Part shown: in pieces, positions 53,257-64,000 of the stretch
Layout: each line of letters begins with the position of its first letter
Position numbering within the stretch: position 1 is the first letter of the stretch
Assembly (NCBI RefSeq): GCF_009914755.1
Contig: NC_060929.1
Direction: 5' to 3' (one strand)
Length of the DNA stretch: 64,000 nt
DNA from: the human T2T-CHM13v2.0 reference genome, Homo sapiens
Position numbers and translations under genes: made by a program
Notes under the pieces: generated by a model
What the model was told of the DNA's origin: nothing
Seen by the model: only the letters and a program-made list of their open reading frames with translations
Databases searched by the model: none

Positions 53257-54712
53257 ATAATATATTTCTTGAACTTATTCTATAGTATTTCCCATTATTT
53301 TCTATATACGGTATTGTATAAGAATCATCTGATGCCATGTTAAATCCCTTTTCTTTGAAAATAAACTTTATTTTCTTTCCTCACTTTTCTGAAAGAATCT
53401 AGGATATCTTGATGTTTCTCTTCTATTCTGTTGATTTTCTTCAAATACCTTGGTTGCATATTCATATATGTAAAAAAAGTTAAAGGCTGAATTGTATATA
53501 TGGTGGATATGGATTTTCTCGGCAGCTGTTTGTGTTATTTACCCAGTATGCCTCTGTTGTGACCAGGATGTCTATCCCAAAGTGCTTTCAAAGTGGTGCG
53601 GCCTACTGATTACTTGAATTTAAAGTTTGAGGGTCTAAAACAAGCAGATATTTTTTCTCCTCACTAGCTGCCAAAAGAGGAATACATTTCCTCTGGCAGT
53701 GAGGAAATCTAGTTCATTTTTGTTTTCAAAAGAATTGTCTTTTTTTCCCCCATTCAGGTCTGCATTGGTGGTCTCAGTTACCTCAAAATCTGCTTTGCTT
53801 TTCTTGCAGGCGATAACACTAATACTAGGTACCCTCCCCACCCAGGGAAGTCATATCCTACAGAGTGTGGCTCTCAAATTTCAGCTTGAATTCAAATGCT
53901 CAATGCGGAATTGGATATGTAGATTGCTATACTACTCCTGTAGTTTACTTCTGAGGATGTTTTAAGCTATATGTTCTTTAATATTCTTATTTGTTTAATA
54001 AACCTGGTTCACCAGTAGCATTGGAAAATAATTTCTAGTATTAAAGATAATTTATTGCTTTATTATGTGTCATTTTAAGGGTGTTGGGGTAATAATGGAA
54101 GTAAGTACATGGGCTAAGTTTAAAATCCTGGTCAAGTCTGGTAAACTTGCTGTTTAGGAACTTACTATGCATTGAGAGAGAAAAGCTAGTGGATTCAATC
54201 TCATGTATAGCTGCAAACATGATTTGTCTGGCCAAATGCCTTACAAATCTAAATGAAGCAGAATACTTTATGTGATATGGGCATATAACTATGATCTAGC
54301 TAACATACCAAAAATGTTTTCTTCATCACTAGCAAAAATTTCCAAAAATATCTGTAAACTATAATTTTCTAAGATACTGGTAGAAACATATCTTTGTGCA
54401 AATTAATAATATATTGGTACTGACAATATAAATGTGAATGTCTCAAAATTTATAGTCATACTTCAGATATGCAGAAAATAAATTTTATTTTGCTATAATT
54501 CGATTTGCATATAAGGCTCAAGTACTCATCTGTAGAGGGAAGGCAGAGGTGTTTTTGTGTACTGGAGTGTGGGTAGACTATTAATCTTACTCATTAAAAG
54601 CAATGTGCTCATTTCTGATTAGCCACTTAACTATTTTGGTAAGTATTTCACCTTTTAAGATTTCTACTCATTCTTATTTTTTTCTTCTAGCAGGTATTTC
54701 TGTGCAGGGGGA

Positions 54713-54843
54713 ATTCATTTATTCATTCCTTTATTCAGTCAATTAGTATTAATTGAAAGTTGTTATATGTCAGACACTAAAGGTATACATGTGAAGGAGA
54801 CCCACAATGCTTTGCCCTCACAGACTTGCATTCTAGATAGAAG

Positions 54844-54885
<42 letters not shown>

Positions 54886-55250
54886 CGGGCACATAAATAC
54901 ACAATAGAATTTTAGAAAATAACCAACACTATGAAGAAAATAAAACAGGGTAAAGGGATAGAGAGGATGGTAAAGGAGACTATTTTAGAAAGAATGTTTT
55001 GGGAAAAATCTCTAAGAAGAAAATTTTTAAGCAGAGAGTTGAATGAAGTGAGAGTATATAGCTGTGAAAATCTGAGGGAAGAGCATTTTCAGCAACAGAA
55101 ACAACCTGCAAAGACCCCAGTAGAAATGACCTTCTCATGCTTGAGGAAGAACAAAAAAGTAGTGTGGCTATAGTAGGCTTAGAGTAGTAGCGGATGGGGT
55201 TGGAGGGATTAGTAGTGACCAAATCACATCAAGCTGAAAGTTACACCAAG
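54713..55250 (-). mobile_element. L2 3' end with (CA)n at 54846-54882
   Basis: ttcatttattcattc...tgccctcacagacttgcattctag. Confidence 0.75.
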
Positions 55251-56348
55251 TTGTTAGGGATAACTATCTGATTTCAGGCTGAAGTGTCCTACTTGGCCTC
55301 CAGAGTGGCAGCTTGTCTCTCTGCCCTCAACTACTCTCCCTCTGGATTACCTCAGCACAGAATACACACTGTGACAGGCTCAGCATCAGCTCCTACCAAC
55401 ACTGCTGATAATCTGAGATTTGCTTCTGTCTACCATGTCTTCATAGTCCCTGCTCTGGGAAATCTACCTTCAGATCTTGGGAATCAACTGGGGATTTCTT
55501 CCTCCCTTCACTCTGGTAGCCATAGATAGTTTTCCTTTATTTACTCTAAATCTTGCTGAAACAAAGAAAGACTTGTAGTCATCTCAAGCCCTCTTGGTCT
55601 AGGAACATTTGCCCTTTCCTGAAGCCTCCATAGTACTGCTGAGTCCTCTCACCATTATGGGTAGAAAGCAGACCTTAAGCCCTTTCTGCCTTAGAGACTC
55701 AAACGCCATATAGTTAACCCCCTTTCCCGAAATCATCACCTTTCCCACTGCCTGCCAGGATTTCCACTGCAAAGAGAGGCAGAGTTGGGCTCTGTCAAAG
55801 GCTATCAGCCTTGCCTGATCCTGATGGCCCCCCTTTCACTCTTCCTCTTAGCATCTCATCTAATTCTTACTTCATTCTGTGAGGGGAGAAAGTGCTTTCA
55901 TTCCTCCTGTCTTTCTCCTTTACTACTTTATGTTTAGTTTTTATAAACTACGTTCTTACTTCACCAGACTTTGGTTCTTGAGATCAAAGATGATTTTTAT
56001 GTTTTATTTTGGAATCCAGAAAGTTTTTCTCAAGTTCCTGGCTCTTGGACTAAAAAGTGTGCATTTCATCCCTTTCTTTCTTTGTTTGATTGGGTTTTTT
56101 TTTTTAACACTGCTGTAATAAAAAAAAAAAACCTCTCAATTCAAAGCTGGGCAAGAGCAATGATTGATTTGTTTTCAACTGTGCCAGTTCTTATTCTGAG
56201 GACAATGTATAGAGAAAGCTGTCACTGATCCATGACTATCACTGATCCGTGACTGTTAGGGGAAGGTATGGGGGAAAAAATCACATAGCTTAAACATTAG
56301 CCATCTACATATAGAAACTTTCCAGTGAATGTTTCCCCTTCAATAAAC

Positions 56349-56415
56349 AGATGGATGGATGGACAGATAGATGGATGGATAGATATATGGATGGATAGAT
56401 AGATAGATAAGATAG
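56349..56415. repeat. (GATG)n/(GATA)n tetranucleotide repeat
   Basis: Read directly from the sequence. Confidence 0.9.
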
Positions 56416-56479
56416 AAACACAGCCAGTCAGATGATATTAGAAATGGAAAAGGGAAGAGGATGGGGATACAACTCACAT

Positions 56480-56640
56480 TTTTAAAGCATTTATACACAC
56501 AAGGATACTAGTGGATAATTATCATTATCTTTATGTCTCAGTTGAAAATTGAGGCTCAAAGATGTTAAACAGCTCGCCAAAGGTCACACAGGAAATAGAT
56601 GATAAAATTAAGACCAAAGCCTTTGTCATTGTCGTATCAC
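56480..56640 (-). mobile_element. MIR fragment
   Basis: gaaaattgaggctcaaagatgttaaacagctcgccaaaggtcacacag. Confidence 0.7.
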
Positions 56641-57889
56641 AGTATGTATCAAATTAAACAATGTATATTCAAGATAATGTGGTAGATAAGTAGACAGCTA
56701 AATATAAGCCTTTTGGGTACTGAGAGAATTTTTAAAGAAAATATAAGTACTTCTTAAAATAAAATGTGTTGATAGGAAGATATCTGTGAATAATAATAAT
56801 ATTTGCCTGTTGACATTAGCTGAAATTGGATGTTTGGTTCCAACATACATAAATTGTTATCATCATCAGACTTTTGTATACTTCAATAGGCTAGCTTCTC
56901 ACCTTTAATGTAGAGAGCTTTTCTGTAGCCTTTCCACCAGCCCTAGACCTGATATCCAAATAATGCTTTATTGGATACCAATGGAGATTCGGGATGTCTT
57001 AGCGGTTAACCACATTACACTGGGATCGGGGTCAAGAAAGCAGAATGGGGTTCAGTGTCATCCCCAAGATTAGAAGAGGCAAATCCTTGAGGCAGAGAAC
57101 AGGTTGACCAAATACAAAGTCCAAATCCAAAGGGCAGGAGCAATGCTAAAAATACAATTTGGGTTTGAGGCAGAAGATAGGCAGAAACTAGATTAAAAGT
57201 CAGTTTTACTACTCCAAAGTATGGGCTCTGGGTACCATGACTATAGGTACTAATTTTCCAAAGTTACTTGCCTGTTGTCTCAGCGTGATAATTAATTGTT
57301 CTGCTTTCTTTCTCAAAAGTGTCCTGGTTTACGGGAACTGTAGTGGCTCCTGGATTGGAGGCAATTCTATAATCACCATATCCCTTCATGACCAGAAGCC
57401 ATGTAGGAGCATTTGCAAATATTCTAATTGCTTGGGGTTACAAGTTGAGTAGAAAGTCCAGGGATGACTTATAGTGCCTGGCTATGTTGGACTCTCAGAT
57501 AGTACTAAAATAGTAGTGAAAGCAGCAACAATGACACAGTAACTATAACACAATTATTCGCATTTGTAATATGGAAATTAGGCTGTCTCATACTTAGCTT
57601 CTATTTAGTATCTCTCTTATTTATTACATTTGTGTGCATAGCTGTTTGTACTACTATAATAAATGATTTTTGAGGTCAGTGACTCTGGCTTGTTCACCAC
57701 AGAATCTTTCAATTTTTAGCATAAATCTTTGCACATTGTAGGTATTCAATAACAGTAATAAAATAACATCTTAACTATTCAGGCTAAAGAAAGTCCTCAG
57801 AGCTATACCGATTTTTAGATCAAACAGCTAGTGCTTGCTCTGTTTCTTTTTACCCATACACAATGTCATAGAGAAATAATAAGTTGTCC

Positions 57890-58050
57890 ATAGCTACTGT
57901 TTGGGAGATTGCATCATTGACTCTATTTTATAGATGAGGAATCTGAGGGTCAGAGATTTTATATAATTTTGCTTATGATAACCCAGGAATGTACTCACAG
58001 ATCTGAGCTTTGAGCTCCAAATATTCTGTTGCAAAGTTAAACCTTTATCT
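57890..58050 (-). mobile_element. MIR fragment
   Basis: ctattttatagatgaggaatctgagggtcagaga. Confidence 0.72.
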
Positions 58051-60499
58051 AATGCACTGCCAATACATGTTGGAATATCTATGTAAATGATTTTTTTAAA
58101 TCTGTCTGGGGAAATCTGATGATGAATTTCATACTTTTTCAATCTACTAGTACTGTAGTATTCATAGTCTCCCTTTGCATAAAATTTATGCTAGACTCTC
58201 TTCTTTAAAGCATTGTGTCTTCCAAAAACATCTTAGAATTAGTACAACAATAAACAATACATTCATGATCCTGTGATACTTTACAAGTTAAAAACAAACA
58301 CATTTTATCGATTTAACAATTTTGCACCAATATATTACAAAACTCTCTCTGGATATTTTTAGGATAACAATCTTTGAAAGTTCTTATAAATAGATTGCTG
58401 AATTCTTATGGATTCATTGCTGTTCATGTGCTGTTAAAACCTTATGGACCGAAGAGTTTATTATTTTCTTGTACTGAAATCTACTTATTTAGCGAACCAA
58501 TCACGTAACAACAACAATAACGAAGTAACAAAACCATACTTTAGCTCATTAATAAAGAATATCTTAAAGGCTTAGTGTTACAGATAATTATGGTAATATT
58601 TAATTCTAAAACATACAAGCATATAAAATAAAAATTATAACCTTGCATAGATGTAGCCATCATTGAATATGGGTTTTATTTAATCAGTATAATTTTACCC
58701 TCACTTTTTGGTCAGGAAATAAATATCTAAATAAATACTCAGGAGGTTAAAGGCCATACAAATTTCAAAAATATGTCGTTTCCAGTGCCTTCCATCTGAA
58801 AATCAGTATCACACAATAAGTAACCTTATTACATTACCAAATCCTAGAGGCTTTGTACTGTGTTTGTAGACCTATGTTTGTGTCCTGGGAATGTAGCATG
58901 GGTCATTCAATGATTCTTGTCGATTAACTCAATGATCCATGTTTTTTAAAACATATATTTGACTAGATTTAAATAATATTGGATCAGACAGCCAATTCAG
59001 TGTATCTTAACAAGTGTCCAGTCAATTTAGTAAAATTAAGCAATTGGTAAAATGCCAGTCAATTCAAATAGTTGTTTATCTGGTATAGATAGGCTTTCAA
59101 CTCTACCCTATTTCTGGATCCCTGATAGACACAACCAAACTTAAGCTTAATTATTAATCCAGTTGAAATGCTTCTCAGGAAGCCTACCTGTCTAGAAAAC
59201 TCATTTTCAAGTACATCTTGGATAAAATTGTATTTAATACTTCTAGACCAGCTGACATTAAAAATTCAACATCCCAATTTTATTAATGAAATCATAACAA
59301 AACGTATCTTTGTTTAAAATATGAATTTCCAGTCTCTTAAATGTTTAATAAAAATCTGAAAATCAAAGATTAAAAGGAAATACTTTCAGAAACAACATAC
59401 CAGAAAGACCAGGTCAAACCTTTGATGTTATACTTTGTTTCACCCCAAGAACAGTAAATTATTTTTGACATGAACAAATGTATAAAATACTATTTTTATC
59501 AGAAAACCTTAACCTGTAGGAAAGTGAAACATATTGTTTAACCTTCACGTGTTTAGAATTTCTACAATACCAAATAGAAATGTGTTGTCTTTGCTAAAGT
59601 TTCATATTTTTCGGCAGAATGGGAAAGCAAAATTCATTTGTCCTGCTATGACAACCAGCTTCTTTGTCTAATTTTCGTTTGTTTCTTTGGCAGCTAAAAC
59701 ACCTTGAAATTACCTTCTCCAGCATGGAAGAATGATTTTTTTTCCCTACCTCTAGCTGTCAGAGTGATTAGAATTTTAATTAGCAAAGTAGAGCGCAGAG
59801 AGGAAAATGACTAAAAAAAAAAAAGGCACAAAAGATTCTCAATTGGAGGAGAAACAAAGGGGCAACTGAAGCTGCCTAACAGCTTGATTGTCACTCCCGT
59901 GATTCCCCTCCATCCTGGATTCCCAGTGACTTAGCACGCTGCTATCCCTTAGCCCCACACCAGCATGGGATGGCAAGGATGCTGTGGAACATTATTCGTA
60001 GTTGTCACTCAAAGTAAAGTGAGGCTCCTAAAGTACCCGAGCTCTGAGCAGCTCTATTTCAATGTCACTATCAGTCTTTTTAATCTACTCTCAGTGACCT
60101 ACTGTGTATCACAAGTCCAACCACAAAAGGCAGAATCCACTAAGTATTCATACAAATAAACAGTCTTAGGTGAGCAATAACAGCCTCAAGTTTCAAAGAC
60201 ACTCCTTCATATGCAGTGTGAGACATAACAGATAACTTTAATCAAGGAGACGTTCAAGAAATTTAAAAAATGTATTAGTTATTAAATATTTCATTGACTG
60301 TCTACGAGTCAGAATATTTCTAAAAAATCTAAGACAAACCAAAGTAGTCTAATTTAATTGCAATAGTTTTATCTCTATCCTTTGTCTAGTATCTATCTTA
60401 CTGCAATAGTACTGCGTGTGTGTTTGTGTATGCATGTATGAGGAACAGATATTTATCTCTCTCAAAACTGTTTTAAAATTAGCTATGGAAAGCCACAGA

Positions 60500-61470
60500 A
60501 TATCAGAGTCCCTTGACTTCAAGAGTTACCTGACTTAGGTTTGATCCTGGCTCTGTCTATGCTGGCTGGATGACCTTACAAACCTTCTTAAATTCTCTAA
60601 GCTCCAGTTTATCATCTGTTAAAAGTGGAGAACATAAAATACATGCCATGGAGATATCATAGGGAATGCGTCATTGAGACAATGAATATAGAATTATAAC
60701 AATAATAATAAATATACACAAATAACTAAAAGTAGATTATAAGTAAAGTGATAATTGCTTTGTAAGAACAAAGGGATATACATTTAAACTGAACTGTGAA
60801 ATATAGGAGAGATATTGATGGGCCAAAATAGGAGCTGGTAATTTCAGAAAGGAGTACAATTACAAAAGGGCAAGAATAACTTGAGGATGGTGAGTAATCT
60901 AAGAAATGTAGTGATCATGAGAACCAATGGTGAAAAGAGAAATTTGGTACAGTAGGCTGGCATGGGAATATGATGTAATCTGAATTTTATGCCAGAGTTA
61001 CTGGGACTCCAGCCTGTGTGCAATAGAGTATTTTAGAGGAAGGGCATGACATGAATGATTCTATGTCCCATAAATATTATCTGATATCACTGTGTACTAT
61101 GGATGAAGGCAGAAAAAAACAGTTCATAATCAAAGTGAGAGGAAATTGAACTCTGATGGTAGTAACTGGCACATACAGAAAATAATAATGGAAGAACTAT
61201 TACTAGAAAAGTGGGACTTGACATCACATCAGGCAATAGAGCAAGAGAGAAGAAGAATCAATGATAAGTATAACATTTCAAGCCTAGGGGGATTGGAAAA
61301 TGTCATGCTATTTGTACACATAGATGTTACTGCAGTTTTCAAAACAGAAAAAAAGTTTCAAGGGAATGATCAAAGCCTGAGTTCACAATTGCAGAATGGA
61401 GTAATATCAGAATCATGTGACAAATATTGTTCCAACCAAGCTGCTGCCAGATGGGATATAGGTTCCCCTG
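60500..61470. mobile_element. MIR (60500-60700, +) followed by L2 fragments (-)
   Basis: MIR core ctccagtttatcatctgttaaaagtggag, then a purine-rich L2-like tract. Confidence 0.6.
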
Positions 61471-62459
61471 TGAAATTTAATTACTTCATTCTTACCACTT
61501 AAATCCCATTTATTGGATTCATTTTTAACTGATTACTAAGGACCACAGAAGACATTGGGAGAATCCAACTTAATTTTTAAGTTCCATAATGTGTAATATT
61601 TCCTTATTTTTAAAATAAATCTAAGGTACTAGTATTCCTTTTACTAAACCTATAATTTAATATAGTAGAATTAGTTTATATATTGTCAGTGTCATTAATT
61701 TGGAATTCATACACTTAGGATGTAGCAAAATGCTATGTATTTCTTCTCTATCACAGAAAATTGAATAAAAATAGATGCATTACAGGCAAATACCAATTTA
61801 TAACCACCTAGCCAAAATTGTTCTATTTTCTAACCATTATGAGTAACAAGTGATTCAAATTCCATTTTCCATGCAATTTCTATATCAGTTGAAATATGGG
61901 CTAAAGAGCTAAAACCAGAAGGCTTTCAACAAATGGATCATTGTCCAAGCTCTAGTAAATGTGCTACTGGTGTAACAAATTGGTTTGCTGCCCTTTTGTC
62001 TGGTAACATAACGCATGACATATTTGTAATTTATGGAAATCAATCCATAGAGAATTTTTAGTTTCATGTAATTATAGATCACTGCAAGATCTAAATAAAG
62101 GTGAAGAAAAGGTCTTTGGGAAAGTAATGGTACGCTATTGATAAAAAACAAAAAGCAGAGTTCAAAGCACTGATCCATGCAATGCATCTTTAAATACTGG
62201 TAAGAGGCCAATAATTATAGTTAAAGTCAGTCACCAGCTGTGTTTCACTGCACACATTTAAGGCACCATTGAAACTGCAACCCTATACTCAAGAATATAG
62301 GGGAAAAAATCACAAGACCAAATCTATCACCTAGTTAGAAATTGTAATAGTGCTTGTCAATTTCCATCTTCTTTTCTTAAGTGTTATTTATATCAGGTAG
62401 TTACCAACCCAATCAGATTATCTCTTTTTAGCAGTCAGTTCAGCCTCTACCTGACTGAA

Positions 62460-63260
62460 CAGTGTGAGCCAGCTCTGCTTTTAGCAGATCTCAGTTCAAA
62501 GCCTTACTGTGTCACATAATAAAAGTGTCACACTGGGAAAGCTACTCAAAACTTCTGTGCACACATTAGGATTTTGAGGTGCTTTGAGGATTAAATGTGG
62601 TAATAAGTTTCAAGTGCTTTAAATGGTGCCCAATACATACTAAGCTCTCCATAAATGTTAGCATGTTTGTTAAATCATTATTATTATTTTAGAGGGAGGA
62701 TTAAAGAGGAAATTTATCTGTCACGTCTCTCTCTCTCCTCTTTCCTGTCTCCCATTTGATAAAGATTACCCCAATAGGAGTTAATTCCCCTGCACTTTTG
62801 TGTTTGTTACCTAATTCCTTGGGTAGCATATGGAAAAGTCAGCTTTTTTGACCTGTTTTTGCTAAAATAGCCATGTTACACTTTCTTCTAGTTCCTAAGA
62901 AATGCCAGGCTCCAATACATGGATTGCTCCTTATGTGTAGAAAACGCCATCTCTTTGCTTGCTTACTCTTATTCATACTCCGTGTCCCAGCCTAGACATT
63001 CCCTCTCCCAGGAAACTTTCTCTGATGCATTTATCAGATAATCAAACACTCTTCTACCTGCTCCCAGAGCATGGGCTCTTTCCTCTTAGCACCCTCCATT
63101 CCTCAGTGTAAATTGCCTGTTGCCTGTCCTGTAGGCTCCCAGTTGATTCCTGTAAGAGCAGGGACTGTGCTTATTTTGCTTATTGCTATATCCCTAACAT
63201 CTACTACAATGCATCACACACAAATATCAATAGATATTTGCAGAATGACTGTATGCAGGA
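62460..63260 (+). mobile_element. MIR (62460-62685) and L2 3' end (62870-63255)
   Basis: ttgaggattaaatgtggtaat; ttcctgtaagagcagggactgtg...aatagatatttgcagaatgact. Confidence 0.65.
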
Positions 63261-64000
63261 CTGTTGTGGTTATTAAATACTATTAAAATGCCTGCCATAA
63301 CTTAACATAAATTAGGTACTCAACTCTCCACTCTCAATACCAGCACTTAGTACATGCTTAAGTATGTAGTATCCTTATTTTCTAATACTCATTCTCAATC
63401 ACTTTTTTTTCCTGACACCAATTTGGCATCTATTTGTGCAACGTATTTCCACATGTAATTATTTTACCTACTAATCTTAACTTAGCCCTTTTTCCCTCCT
63501 ACTCAATAAAGAATATAAAAATACAAACAAGAGAGGAGGGAGGGAAGGAAGGAGAGAGATAGAGAAGGAAGGAAAGAAAGAAAAAGTAATCCAAGAAAGT
63601 ATTACCCAATAAATAACCAACATTCTAACCTAGAGTTTAAGATGAACAATTCCCAAGAAAACTATCATGGACATTTAAGTTTAAAGATACCATGGCAATT
63701 AGAATTTCTTCCAAGGAAATCAGAACTCCACATTTCTTCCAAGGTTATCTCTTAGACACAGCACACTCAAGGTGGATAGTTGCAGACTGTTTAACAAAGG
63801 AACTATTAACAAAGATGTAGGCAAGTTTGGGAGAAACCGAAGAACTGTGCAGATTCCTGAGGCCAGCAAGAGTGGTGAGTCATTTAGCTCTCTTCAGCAT
63901 GAATGGGGAAGAAGAGGGAATAGTTAAACAAGCCAGCAATAAAGAGCTATACAGAGAGACCTACATGATGAAAAGCATGACCTTTGGTAAAGGAATGCTG

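Larger units (their letters stand above)
47900..54020 (-). mobile_element. Very old L1ME/HAL1-like host LINE, interrupted at 48798-49156 and 50070-53256
   Basis: Degenerate minus-strand L1-like tracts read continuously across the insertions. Confidence 0.5.

Noticed and set aside
61146-62211. ORFs of 118 aa (+) and 100 aa (-)
   Set aside because: No recognisable domain; the first lies in L2-like sequence; lengths are within chance range for 64 kb.

Overview
Primate (very likely human) AT-rich, repeat-dense non-coding DNA, either a large intron or a gene desert. No host protein-coding gene can be supported; every recognisable ORF belongs to a transposable element. The window holds: a 3'-deleted HERV-F-type provirus (LTR19-like LTR, tRNA-Phe PBS, gag-pro-pol remnants, minus strand, ~9771-14313); an old ERVL (LTR16/ERV3-16A3-like, ~19530-26640) carrying many nested insertions, including a young 5'-truncated L1PA2/L1HS-like copy with an intact ORF2 C-terminus and a 13-bp TSD; a full THE1 provirus nested in a THE1 solo LTR; two 5'-intact, 3'-truncated old L1s; three Alus; and many L2/MIR/MaLR/DNA-transposon fragments. 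The most striking signal is a cluster of locally templated insertions: a ~233-bp copy from 9.4 kb away that bridges a deletion junction, a 170-bp inverted copy flanked by a 12-bp direct repeat, a 103-bp inverted copy captured inside a stuttered L1 tail, a fold-back hairpin in an L1, and a deletion-plus-duplication in a THE1 LTR. There are also a few candidate minus-strand small exons and motif-rich unique segments. Repeat subfamily names come from remembered consensus sequences and boundaries are approximate unless a TSD is given.
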